From: Takakia lepidozioides
Taxonomy: Eukaryota; Plantae; Bryophyta
Reading direction: 5' to 3'
NCBI GenBank assembly: GCA_030704615.1
Contig: CM060731.1
Coordinates: 50,220,001 to 50,284,000, forward strand
DNA length: 64,000 bases
The notes under the pieces were generated by a model, which saw nothing but the letters and a program-made list of their open reading frames with translations, made no database searches and was not told where the DNA came from. A program made the translations under genes and the position numbers. Positions 26,201 to 37,461 of the stretch are shown in pieces (position 1 is the first letter of the stretch; the number at the start of each line of letters is the position of its first letter).

Positions 26201-27191
26201 GTTTCTTCGACTTCTGACAGAACTCTAGGGAGAAACTTCAGCTGGTATCTATCTGTAAGGTAATGTGAGTCTTAGATCAGCGAGAGAATAGTCTTCTCAG
26301 CAGGCCCAAATATGACAGAGAGAGAGTGGCACAAAAGAAAGTCACAACAGCAATGTACTGTCGACTAAGAATGCAATGGGTGGACTCTTGCTCAATCTCT
26401 ACGTAACCAGGTGATCGAATGTGCGTGAAAGAATTGCCCAGACTGAGACTGCTTTATCGAGTTGTGGTTGTGTGTACAAAAGCTTTGCAAGCCCAGTAGA
26501 TATAGGCAACAGATCCTCACTCAGAAGCTTGGGCAGGAAGGGGCAGCAGAGGTGGGGCCGACCCAATGACTAGACGGAGACACGCGTTTTTCGAGGACTT
26601 GAAACAGAGCTCAACGGCTTGGGCTGCAAGACAACTGAGGTGGGGCCTAGTGAGCTCGCCGCCAACTGACAACTGGACCATGCTGCCTGACAACGCAAGG
26701 CCGATACCGCCTCGTGCCCATTCTGACGTCCCTCCACGCAAGACCTGCAGCCTTGCAGTCGCCCACCCTCCCTTCTTGGCCTTTGACTCCCTTCTCCACC
26801 ATCGCTGACTGGGCCAGCGCTGCCTTCTCTAATTATTTTACTGCTCCCCATGTGTGCTTGCCACCCAAGCTCCGTGGCCTCTCATTTTAAGATAATAGGG
26901 TCTTCAATGGGCACCTGCAATGTGGCCGGTGGGCCCCGCGCACGGACGCCCGGCTCCCCAGCACCCCGTCCGCCGCGCGACCAGTCCCCCGCCCACGAGT
27001 CCGCTGCCCTCCAATCTGCCAGTCCGCCAGTTTGCCCGCCAGTCCGGTGCTGGCCAGTTCCCTGCTATCCAGTCCGCTAACGGCGCAGGATCGCCACCGT
27101 CCATTCCCATAACCCATTCGAGCCCTCCATTTTTAGGGCTGCGAAAATGGCAATGATCTTCCCACCAAATCCCGGCCGCTCTCTTTTGATG

Positions 27192-27530
27192 GTTGTAGTA
27201 CGCATACGTATCGCTACACAACTACATCACTGTCCAAACCACACCACACATATATGCACAATAAAGTCGGTCGCACAGGCTCAACTTGAGAGAGATGAGC
27301 TGCGCGACTGACGCTCTCGTGAAGATAAGACGGTTCAGGTGTCAAACTAAACTTGACACCTGATTTAACACTTGACCTAAATCCAAGTGTTAAATACAAA
27401 TAACTAGCTTTATTCTAGTTAGTTTCACACTGTGCTTATTTAACTTGACAGTTGTCGTGCGCATACGTATCGCTACACAACTACATCGCTGTCCAAACCA
27501 CACCACACCACACATATATGCACAATAAAG
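27192..27530 (-). repeat. 3' terminal repeat block B1-A2-B2
   Basis: 27192-27266 matches 27451-27530 (3 substitutions and one 5-bp indel). 27267-27450 matches 36467-36650 (5 substitutions in 184 bp). Confidence 0.9.
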
Positions 27531-27802
27531 TAGTCTGCCACAATCGCCCTCCTAGCTGGTGGATAGGTCCCTCTAACTCCAGATAGCTACAAGATGTAAT
27601 AGCCACAGCCGTACTAAGTCCTCTATCACTATCCCTATTGTACTCAAACTCTATTGACCAAGAGGCCGGGTACAAGAGTAGCCCCATTGTTAGTCGTCGT
27701 CTTGCAATCTGTGAACTTGAGCCAGGATCTCGTGTGTTCAAGGTCTCCTAGTAGCTTGGCCTTGCATTTCTTGTTAGCCTCCTATGGTTGTATCCACTCC
27801 CA

Positions 27803-30055
27803 CTATCCAATGCATTGTGGACATAACCAATCCCCATCCGGAACCATCTCAAGAGGTGGAGTCAAGCATCCCATATGCCAACCTCTAGAGCATCGATCAC
27901 ACACCAGCATGATGGTTGCCTCTTTAGCAGACCCACACAACATGCACCTCAAACTTGCAGATACCGCTGCCAGATTTGGGTCAATCCTGCCATCGACATT
28001 CGGAAGGTGACATGGCGCACAATTACGCACATGGTCCTTCCAAGTTATGCCATCCCGACCCTCCAAGACCAAGACGCCTGAGGGCAAGACCTCTCGAACC
28101 CTCAAAATAACACGTCCTACAGTCACATCCAAGGTCGTAGGAGCAGTCTGCTGCAGATAGATATAGTCACCAGGGTTGAATCTCCGAACCCCAGGACGAT
28201 AACCCCCACCACGTATGGTAGCATACCTCAACGTATCACGGTGTTGTGCAATGGCAAGGTTTTCGAAAGCCATGGGCATGACTTTCTTGAACAACTCTGC
28301 ACGCTGCTCACATGCACGTGCCCACATGTCCGGATCGTCAAGGTTAAGAACTGTAGCAGCTTCCCTGCGAATGGATGTAGGCAAATCCGGCTCTCGGCCA
28401 AAGAGAAGAAAGTATGGTGAGAAGGAGGCAAGTGATGCTTGCTTGCTGAACCTGTAGCCCATGGCTAACCAGAGTAACTGAAGGTCCCAATCTCCTAGGT
28501 GTCCCTTCTGCAAGCCATACTTGCGCAAACCCCTCTTTACTGTCTGAACAACTCTCTCTGCCAAGCCATCGGCCTCAGGATGATCCCGAGAAGTGGTGCG
28601 GTGGTCTATCAAGGCCTTGTCACACAAAGCCTGAAACTCCCCCAAGAACTCTCTCCCTTCGTCCGTGAGTACCTCAGCTGGAGCACCGAATCGGCTAAGC
28701 ACACAATCCAAGAATGCATACGCAGCTCCCTCACTAGCCTTATCAGGCAATGGAACCAACTCAATCCACTTGGAGAAGTGCTCCACCATCACCAACACGT
28801 ACTTGTTGTGGCGCATGGTCAGTGGCAACGGCCCTGCGAAGTCAAGACTCCACCTGTAGCCCAATCCCATGATCGGAAGAGGGTGCAATTGTGGAGTAGG
28901 GGCGTTGAATGAAGCACGCACCCTGTCACACACCATGCACCTAGCCACAAATTGTTGCACCTCTGTGTGCATACCACGCCACCAATACTGCCCCTGCAGT
29001 AGGCTATGAGTGCGTCGCACTCCAAAATGCCCCAACTCCTCGTGGGCATGCCGCACTAACCGTGCCCGCTGTGTTGGGTGAGGCACAATCCTCACTCGAC
29101 CATCCTCCCACACTCGGAGCAGGTGTGTCCCCTCCCACTTGAACCTCTTGGCTCGTTGTAGGATCCGATCCCTCTCCTTGGTAGTCACAGTGGCTGCAGT
29201 GTCTCCAGTGCGGAGGTAGTCCAACACAACTGAATCCTCATGTATATCTTTGGCGCCACCTTGCTCATTGCTGGCCTCAGGGTCCTCAGACACTTGATCT
29301 ACAGTCATCCCTGTTGCAGGTCCAACCTGGCCTTCCGCTGCCAAGATACACAGAAATGCAAATGTATGCCATCCGGGCACCATCTCCTCGTCCGTCTCAC
29401 CATGCCACCGAGCTCCAGTGTCATCCTGTTGGCTCGTGCATGGATTGCGACTCAACCCATCTGCATTGCGATTAACCAAACCTAGTCGATGCACAACCTG
29501 AAAGTCATATTCTTGAAGAATGATAGCCCACCGTGCAAGCTTCCCCGTAAGCTTGTCTGACTCCATCAACCACTTGAGTGGTTGGTGATCCGTGACAAGG
29601 GTGAAGAGATTGCCGTATAGATAGCACTTGAAGTGTGTCACGGCCCACACTGCAACTAAGCATTCTCCCTCATATGAGCTATACTTAGACTCTGCAACGT
29701 TGTTCGAGCGGCTAGCATAAGCCACTACGAACTCTCTTCCCTCATCATCCACCTGTGTGAGCACCGCTCCAAGCCCCAGCATGCTCCAATCTGTATGCAG
29801 CTGAAAAGGACGCCCCCTAATAGGCCGTCTCAAGATGGGCGCCGAGGTCAACCTCGCCTTGAGCTCTTGAAAAGCTTGTTCTTGCTCATCTTCCCACTGC
29901 CACTCCTGGTCCACCTTGGTCAGCTTGGTTAGAGCCTTTGCAATGGCATTAAATCCCCTAACAAACCGTCTATAATAGTTTGATAACCCCATGAAAGCTC
30001 GAACTCGGCTCACATCCGTGGGGCGTGGAACCTGTGCAATGGACTCTACCTTAGT
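27803..30055 (-). CDS. RNase H - integrase - PHD finger portion of the polyprotein
   Basis: RNase H LHTDWS...YEGE...VTDH; integrase HEELGH...CMVC, SLDFAG, LTDEG, ERVVQ; C-terminal PHD CMLC...CDRCSRGWHMGCLTPPL...GDWLCPQC (C4HC3). Confidence 0.93.
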   Translation of the reverse strand, partial: TKVESIAQVPRPTDVSRVRAFMGLSNYYRRFVRGFNAIAKALTKLTKVDQEWQWEDEQEQAFQELKARLTSAPILRRPIRGRPFQLHTDWSMLGLGAVLTQVDDEGREFVVAYASRSNNVAESKYSSYEGECLVAVWAVTHFKCYLYGNLFTLVTDHQPLKWLMESDKLTGKLARWAIILQEYDFQVVHRLGLVNRNADGLSRNPCTSQQDDTGARWHGETDEEMVPGWHTFAFLCILAAEGQVGPATGMTVDQVSEDPEASNEQGGAKDIHEDSVVLDYLRTGDTAATVTTKERDRILQRAKRFKWEGTHLLRVWEDGRVRIVPHPTQRARLVRHAHEELGHFGVRRTHSLLQGQYWWRGMHTEVQQFVARCMVCDRVRASFNAPTPQLHPLPIMGLGYRWSLDFAGPLPLTMRHNKYVLVMVEHFSKWIELVPLPDKASEGAAYAFLDCVLSRFGAPAEVLTDEGREFLGEFQALCDKALIDHRTTSRDHPEADGLAERVVQTVKRGLRKYGLQKGHLGDWDLQLLWLAMGYRFSKQASLASFSPYFLLFGREPDLPTSIRREAATVLNLDDPDMWARACEQRAELFKKVMPMAFENLAIAQHRDTLRYATIRGGGYRPGVRRFNPGDYIYLQQTAPTTLDVTVGRVILRVREVLPSGVLVLEGRDGITWKDHVRNCAPCHLPNVDGRIDPNLAAVSASLRCMLCGSAKEATIMLVCDRCSRGWHMGCLTPPLEMVPDGDWLCPQCIG

Positions 30056-30775
30056 CTACTGTACCCCCAATCCTCCAGGATATATCATGTGACCCAGATA
30101 CTCAATTTGGTTGTGGAAAAACTTGCACTTTCCCGGATGTAACTTCAATCCGTGCGCCCTCAAGCGCTCAAATACCCCCTGAAGGTGTCGCTCATGCTCC
30201 TCCACCGTAGCACTAAAGATGATGATGTCATCTATGTAGCACCGAGCAAACTCCACCCCTGCTAGAATCCTGTCCATGACTCTTTGAAACTCAGCAAGAG
30301 TGTTTTTAAGCCCAAATGGTAAGAACCGCCACTGGTATAGATCCTTCCCGTGCTCATTGATCCCCCAGAATGTCGTCTTTTGCTTATCCGCCTCCTTGAT
30401 CGGCAACTGGTGATATCCGGATCGTAAATCCAACGTGCTAAAGACCTTGGCATGCCCAATGGCATCAAAGATCTCCTCTGGTGTCGGCATGGCATACCTA
30501 TCGGACTTGGTCTGACGATTTACAGGCCGGTAATCACCGCACATACGTCTCTCCGTCCAATTGCCATAGACATCCTTCTTGGCTGGCATCACTGTGGCTG
30601 AAGCATACTCTCCCCCAGATAGCTCCACCAAACCAGCCTCCCAAAGGTCCTGAGTTCTCATCTGAATCAAGGACCTCTCCATGTCACTGTATCTATAGGG
30701 TCTCCGAAAGATTGGCGTGTCAGTAGCCAATTCAATGCGAATCTCTTGACCCTTCAGTGCTCCTAAGTCCTTCAA
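30056..30775 (-). CDS. Reverse transcriptase (in-frame TAG separates it from RNase H)
   Basis: RMCGDYRPVN, LDLRSGYHQ, LPFGLKN, YIDD motifs. Confidence 0.95.
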   Translation of the reverse strand: MKDLGALKGQEIRIELATDTPIFRRPYRYSDMERSLIQMRTQDLWEAGLVELSGGEYASATVMPAKKDVYGNWTERRMCGDYRPVNRQTKSDRYAMPTPEEIFDAIGHAKVFSTLDLRSGYHQLPIKEADKQKTTFWGINEHGKDLYQWRFLPFGLKNTLAEFQRVMDRILAGVEFARCYIDDIIIFSATVEEHERHLQGVFERLRAHGLKLHPGKCKFFHNQIEYLGHMIYPGGLGVQ

Positions 30776-31209
30776 ACTGAAGGCAAAGCAATTCCTGTAA
30801 GCCCTCAGGAACCACCGTATACGTTGTTTTTCTCCTCCGGTGACAATGGGTCCAACGTCAGGCTCCCAATTGTCCTCCGTGACTGCAACCTTGAGTCCAG
30901 CAAGCTTAGAGGTAGAAGATGCGTCCCGTGGTTGCTATGCTGCAACCTCTTGAGCAGTGACTAGTGTCTCCTCTGTCAGTGACAATGTCTCACCCTGCCC
31001 CATCATCCCATCCTTGAGGACCTCCTCAACCCGAGAAAAATCCCCAACCTGATCCATCACCGCCGCCTTGGCTACCAACTCCTTCTGAACCTCGAGCACC
31101 TCCCACGTGTGCCATGGATGCTGCCTACACCTCGTGGTCCTCACCTGCTCGCCCCACTCGCTGTCTGTACCGTCTCGGTAGGCAGGGAGACCATGAAGGG
31201 AAGTGTACT

Positions 31210-32200
31210 TCACACTCTGCGCTGCTCAGCCATAGCCAAGCTGATAATCCAGGTCAAACAATTGAGATCCATTGCTTGCCCCAACACCTGACGACGTGAT
31301 GCCTCAGAAAGAGATGGCACCACCGTGGTACCGGTGGTAAAACCCATCGCCCACTCGCGCTCGTTAGCATTGGGCTCCACTAATTGTTGCAACTGGCTAT
31401 CCCACAAGAGGCCAGGTCCACCATCGAAAAGCATGGGATCCTGGGAAGCTGAGCAGTGTAGGTAATGCTGCTCGTGGTTGACCCACCCTGTTGACCACTG
31501 CCAAAGGCGAACGGTCATCGTGTCTCACACGTTGAGACTGCCTCCCTGTATCCAAAATGCTATCCACTGTGAGGTGTGCTGGCCGCTGCACCCCATCAAA
31601 TGCACGCTTGAGCAGTGCGGGTGGCATCAAGTTAGTCCACCATAGCCGTGGACGATGAGCCCGTGACCCCACTGCAGCTGCATCCAGCAACACTGCTGAC
31701 CCAAGCCACGACCGGACTTGATGCACACTGGCCATCACCCTGGCCCAAGAATCGCCCATCAGTGGCACATTCTCCAAAGATGTATGCTGGAGATACAGCT
31801 TGATGAAGCTGCAAGTGGCGCAAAACCCGCACCATCTCCCAAAACAGACCCATCCTTGAGTCTCGCAATCCATTGCCATGCCCGGCTGATGAATGCCCTT
31901 GGCAGGCCCACCCTGCCACTACCAGATCAATGGAGCCAACCTGCTCTAAATCCTGCGCCCCCAGCAACGAAATGTCTACTGGCAAGGCTTGTTGGTATCC
32001 ACGAACTGCAGACACTGGCAACAAATCAGGATACTGCTGTACCAACTGAGCAACATGGCGCAGTGAGATGCGTCATGCAGTCTCATCCCTCTCCACATAC
32101 AGGTAACGTCGAACTTGTATACCTACCTGCAGCACTGAAGCCAATCCAGTGCTGATCCCGCCAAACAAGTCCAGAAGGCATATGCCTTCATCCGGGCACT
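31210..32200 (-). pseudogene. C5-cytosine DNA methyltransferase domain (DNMT3/DRM-like) within the retrotransposon polyprotein; one stop and two frameshifts
   Basis: Motif I LLDLFGGI; II YVERD; IV DLVVAGWACQG (catalytic Cys); VI ENV; VIII AHRPRLWWTNL; IX-X EREWAMGF...RRQVLGQAM. The motifs are in canonical order between PR and RT. Confidence 0.9.
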
Positions 32201-32330
32201 GCCACACAAGAGGTGTAGTGTCCAATGGCGACAACTGAGGTGGTCCTGGTGCAATCACCGCACTCTTCTCCTCTCCTGACAGTACGAAAGCGTCCACCCA
32301 GGCTTGTTGCACCCGTCCATCAGCAGCCTG

Positions 32331-35121
32331 CTACAAATCTTTGCCCGTACCCCACAATGGAGTGTGAGCAACCATGGTAGGCAACTCCGCCGTACCATGC
32401 ATGTCATCCTGCTCTGCTGGAGGTGGCACATCCTTTGCATGGGCATTTCCTGCCAGCAACTCTCCAGGCCAACTAACTGCAGCCGTAAAGGCGGCTAATG
32501 TTGGCATCTTGTCCCGCTGGGCAGCCGCAATACCCCCAATGAATGTCACAGGGAGCTGTGCACGACGACCATCCCCTGACTGCCATCCAGGACTGTAGGA
32601 TGCTGACTCCTCCCAAAAGTCCAGGGTGAAGCCCATGGGATATAACACTGCCCCACCAACAAGGACATCGTAAGAGACCGTGTCTGTCACAATGGCCTTG
32701 GCTCGCATCACTGAGCCATCTACAGGATGATCTGGTTGTAGTCCAATGGCCAACTCACGCCGTGTCATGCCCCGAGCCTGCTCTGATCCTCCCAGAGATG
32801 TCTGTATCTGGAAAGGACAAGGCTCCATATCCGCCTCCATGAGGCCCAAACCTGCAATAGCAACTCTGCCCAACATCAGTGGCTGAGCTCCCGAATCCAA
32901 CAAGACCCGCAGTGGCCGGTACTTCTGGCCTGCCGGTCCACTCAAAGTGAAAATGCCATCCTGGTTGTCTAACAAGACAACTCCAGGTGTCACCATGGCG
33001 CGCTCAAAGGCTGGCCTAGCTGGCAGCTGCAGCTTGCCATGGCGCAGCCGTGGCAGTCTTGACCCTCAAATCCGAGGATCCCTCTGCCACTACACCTTCC
33101 ACTAACTCCGCAGAAGATGAAGTGACCTCCCCACTCTCACAGAGTGTTGCTGCTAGTCTGAACACTGCATCTGGTCTTACCCCCGGCGTCGCAATCATGG
33201 TTGCCAAGAATAGTGGGGCTTGACACACAGAGGTGGCTGCCCCCAACAACACACCGGCTGCACTAGCCTTGGTAGTTGGTGTCAGTGTTGCACGTGTAGC
33301 TCTCCCCAATGGCATAGTAACCTCCACCTCGGTAACAGTCGGGCGAGAACTAGGTGCCATGGATGGCGTCGACACAGTCTCCGCCAATGTGAATGACTGA
33401 GGAAGCCTCGCCTGACAGCTTGCCTCCCCACGCTGTGGATCCAATTCCACCTCTGCACCTCGTGGCTCAGGAACTCGTGCTGCTCCTCGAGTCACGGCTG
33501 CAGCAGACTCCACCTGCACTAGTGGTAGTGCTGCTCCGCACATGAATCCCATGCCTCCCATATCTCCTCCCTCAGGCGCAGGAGATGGACCATCCCGCCT
33601 GGGAGCCGATACAGCCTGAGCTGTAGCCATGGCAGCGAGCCTCTGCTCTAGCTGCTGAAGCCGGTTGGCCATGCCTTGGTCAACACCCTGACCTCCGCGT
33701 CATTGGCCATGTTGAGCTTGCCCTTGGCCTGCACCTCGTGCCCGGCCACCTCGTCCTCTCTGGGCTGGTCCACCTCGCCCCCGGCCACCATTGTTCCCTT
33801 GGAACTGGCCTGGGCGCAACTCAGGATGCAAGTCATAACACTGGGCATCTCCATGCCCATACTTGCCACAATGCCCACACTGCAACTGTGCAGGTTGTGC
33901 TTGTGCCGGCCTTTTGCCACTCTCTGGGCAATCTCTCTTGACATAGGGTCCTCCACATGTCCAACATATCACCCCTGGTTGTTGTTGGCCTGCAAAAGAT
34001 GCCACGGGCCTCTGCACCTGAGGTCCCCTGTAAGCTCCATGGAACTTGGGTTGGGAAACCTTGCCCCCCTGACCACGCTGTTGGGCAGTCCCTTGTGCCT
34101 GTGGGCTGGCAGCTGCGCCTCATGCAGGCATGTCCTTACCAAATCCAATGGTAACAACTCGCTCCTCCACCATGTTGAGCTCAATCCGCTCAGCCAGCAG
34201 AAACACATCTGCTAATGTGGGTTGGGCTGCTTGTAACAGGGTTGCATCTCACACCCTTCTCTTGAGCTCCTTGTCCAGAATTCCATACCAAAACTGGATT
34301 GTCTGAGCTTCAATAACCCCTTGGGTCACACTTATCAAGCGCCTCATACGAGTGTACGCCTCTCGCCGGCTCTCACTGGATTTGCGCTGGAAGTCTTGCA
34401 AACTTCGCAGCTTCTCTGTCCGTACACCTTGGTAGTTCCTCCGCAACTCCTGGAAGAACTCCACCACCGGGTTGAATCTAGGCACATGTGTTGTAGTCGT
34501 GGCAGGAGGAGTAGTAGCACCTTTTGAATTGGTACCACCTGTAGAAGTACCGGCACTACTTGTTCCACTACTAGTGTTGGTAGTGGGAGATATTGGTGCT
34601 GATGCAGCTACTGGTCGCGTCATGCCTCGAGTAATGGAGACATAGTCAGGTGACCAATACATCCTCCACTCCTCAATCTCTGCTTCATGTCCTCGCCTGA
34701 ACTCGTGGTAATCGTCCATAGGCGGGCCTTCCAAATGCTGGAACAGTCCCTTCCACGCCATGAATGGGGTGAACAGCTGTGGATTGTGCATCTACTGCAA
34801 ATCACACCAGCTGCCGAACTCCTGGATAAAGTCATCTAGCTCAATTGTGCCTACAGCTCCAGAGTACCTACGAGGCCCCTTGGTAGCTCCATACATCTCC
34901 TCCATGTCGTCCCACAACAATGGCGAATGAAACTGCACACCTGTTGATGAAGCCTCCGAGTCTGTGTCTGACTCTGCACTAGTTGAGGGTGGAGGTGAAG
35001 GTGGTCTGAACCGAATACCTCGTCTTGTGAACCCACTCTCAATGTTACTGCCTGTAGCCGTACTCCCCTCAAAACCCTTGGGTAACTCTGTGATGACACT
35101 CACAATGTGCACCTCCCCCAT
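32331..35121 (-). pseudogene. Gag and aspartic protease of the DNMT element, with in-frame stops
   Basis: RRYSGAVGTIELDDFIQEF (Gag N-terminus); zinc knuckles CWTCGGPYVKRDC and CGHCGKYGHGDAQC; protease VLLDSGAQP (32331-32996). Confidence 0.85.
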
Positions 35122-36466
35122 GTGACACTATAAGGCTCTAGTACTAATTCTAATAGTGACACGGGTGGGCACCTGTTGCAGTTTAAGGGTCATATCCCAG
35201 TGGCTCAGGGCACCTGCACCTGCACCTGCATCCACCGCAAGAACTCATATGGTTGGCTGGTCATCAACCCAGTCTCACCATAGAAGAAACACTGGTGGTC
35301 TTGCTGGTCATCACTCCAGCCTCACCACCGACAGCATACTCTAGGATTGACCGGTGATCAAATCCGGCCTAATGGCAGCTCCAAAACTATGGGCGGCCCA
35401 GGAAGACGACGTCTCCTCACTTAATGAGAACGCTGAGTGCAAAGGACAATGGTATAATGAACAGCTGAAAGCGGCTCACAGTAAGGCCGGGGAGGCTATC
35501 TTTTGGCAAAGAAATTCAAACGTTCATGCACAAACTAGTACCAACCTGGACGAGTTCCCTGGACGCGTCTAGACTCCCCACCAAGCAGGTTCACCACACA
35601 GCTGAAGTCATCCACTGTAGAAGTGAGGCCATCATCTTGACTTACGGAATCGGAGCGCCCCCATGGCTACATGCAGAGAGAACCCATGATACAAGCCTCC
35701 CTTTTGCAGTCCTTCACACAGCTGACAGGCCACCATATTGGGCAAGTCCTACACCTTTCTTCGATCCCCCTGTAGTCCGGACGAACGGCAAAACCGTGGC
35801 TTGGAAGAACGCCCAGCTCCACACCCACTTACCCAATGTGCTTAGCAGGCACACGCCTTAACCACTCGTAGCTGTGTTCTTATGTCGTGCGATCGTCCAC
35901 TCCTGATATGCCTCTCAATCCAATCCAGCTTCCGTTCGATCCATCCCCTACGCTGCGGCCTCACCCTCTCAGTGGAACCTCCCTGACAAATGGGAGCATA
36001 GGACGCGGTTACGGAGTTCGTCTCCATGCGCGCAGGCTGCAGTGTGAAGAAGCTTGAAAGTGGCAGGCAGCCAGCCATGGCCGAGCTGCTGCCGTGCTTC
36101 AACCACTCTACCTATACCCCCCGAGTCCCACCATTGCGACTAAGGATGTGAGACGAACTCAAGCTAGAGCCATTCTATGCTCATTGCTTGAGCTGTGTAC
36201 AAGACCATGACCATCTATATTATAATAGTGCTTAAAAAATAAAAACATCACATCTAGCTTAGCACTGGAAAACTAGATAGAGGCATCTCTCTCGAGTGAT
36301 AAGAAAAGCTAAAAACACACTCTTAACACAAGAAACATGAAATCCATCTCATCATCACTCTTTCATATAATAGTCGAGCCAGGGGCACCCCAAGCTATGG
36401 GGACTCCACCCCACAACAACCTATACACCCATCATAAGTACACTCAGTTCTAAACGATGAAGGAGT

Positions 36467-36650
36467 TCGGTCGCGCAGGCTCAACTCGAGAGAGATGAGT
36501 TGCGCGACTGACGCTCTCGTGAAGATAAGACGGTTCAGGTGTCAAACTAAACTTGACACCTGATTTAACACTTGACCTAAATCCAAATGTTAAATACAAA
36601 TAACTAGTTTTATTCTAGTTAGTTTCACACTGTGCTTATTTAACTTGACA
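36467..36650 (-). repeat. 5' terminal repeat A1 of the DNMT element
   Basis: 184-bp match to 27267-27450; the minus strand begins TGTCAAG. Confidence 0.9.
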
Positions 36651-37461
36651 CGGCTGTTTGTTGTCCGATGTTGCGGTAGGCGTTTCCATGCACGTGACTG
36701 TTCCTCTTTTGCGCGCGATGTTCATGGTGATGATGAAGCGTGTGCTTGAACATGAGAGGACTGTCTGGGCACTACAGCCACCATCGTGCATATGCTTCCA
36801 CTATTTTTGCCTTCTTGTTGTGCTTTCGGGAACCTTCGTTTTATGGTTTGGTTCTATGTCATAAATATGGAAAATGCAGACATTTGTCGTCGATAACGTC
36901 CTCTGCTTGTGATCCGTCATGATACGTTTAGCCCCTTCGTACTGCATCCCTCATGAGAGCCTTCACAAGTTTAGTTCGTTAAAGGAACCCATGGGTAACA
37001 TGGGCGCGAAAATGGTGGAAGCGTATGCACGTGGGAGCGTGTATTGCAGATTTTGTATCGGACGCCAGTGATTAACGTTTCCATCAGCAGATCGTTTTAC
37101 GAACCTTCGGTCTCCTTCTTGAAATTCTAGCGTTCCTTCGTTCAGTCCTGATGATCGCTGGTTTTGAGTGCTTGTACATATACCATGAAAGCGGGTAGTA
37201 GCATCTGATTTGAGGAGACCAACAAGAAGGCTGAACCCTAAACTAGAATGAAATAAGGGTGCTTAAAAGGAAGAGACCTCAGGCTGAGGCTGAGGCTGAT
37301 CCAAGAATGAAAGATGACTGAAAGAAAGCATGAGAGGAAACAAGAGGCCTCCCAGTCCACTGCACAAATACAGAGGTCAACTTAATCGCTCAGAGTCAAG
37401 ACGACACTGCGAAACCAGACTATGACTCAGGAGACAGTCTCAGCAGACTCAGAAAAGTTCT

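Larger units (their letters stand above)
27192..36650 (-). mobile_element. Ty3/Gypsy retrotransposon encoding Gag-PR-DNMT-RT-RH-INT-PHD, with split direct terminal repeats
   Basis: Domain motifs as listed in the following features. Repeat A at 36467-36650 and 27267-27450; repeat B at 27451-27530 and 27192-27266. Confidence 0.9.

Noticed and set aside
27190-36654. 4-bp TSD TGGT/CGGC for the DNMT element
   Set aside because: It would need two C>T changes in four bases, and the GT is also part of repeat B; not supportable.
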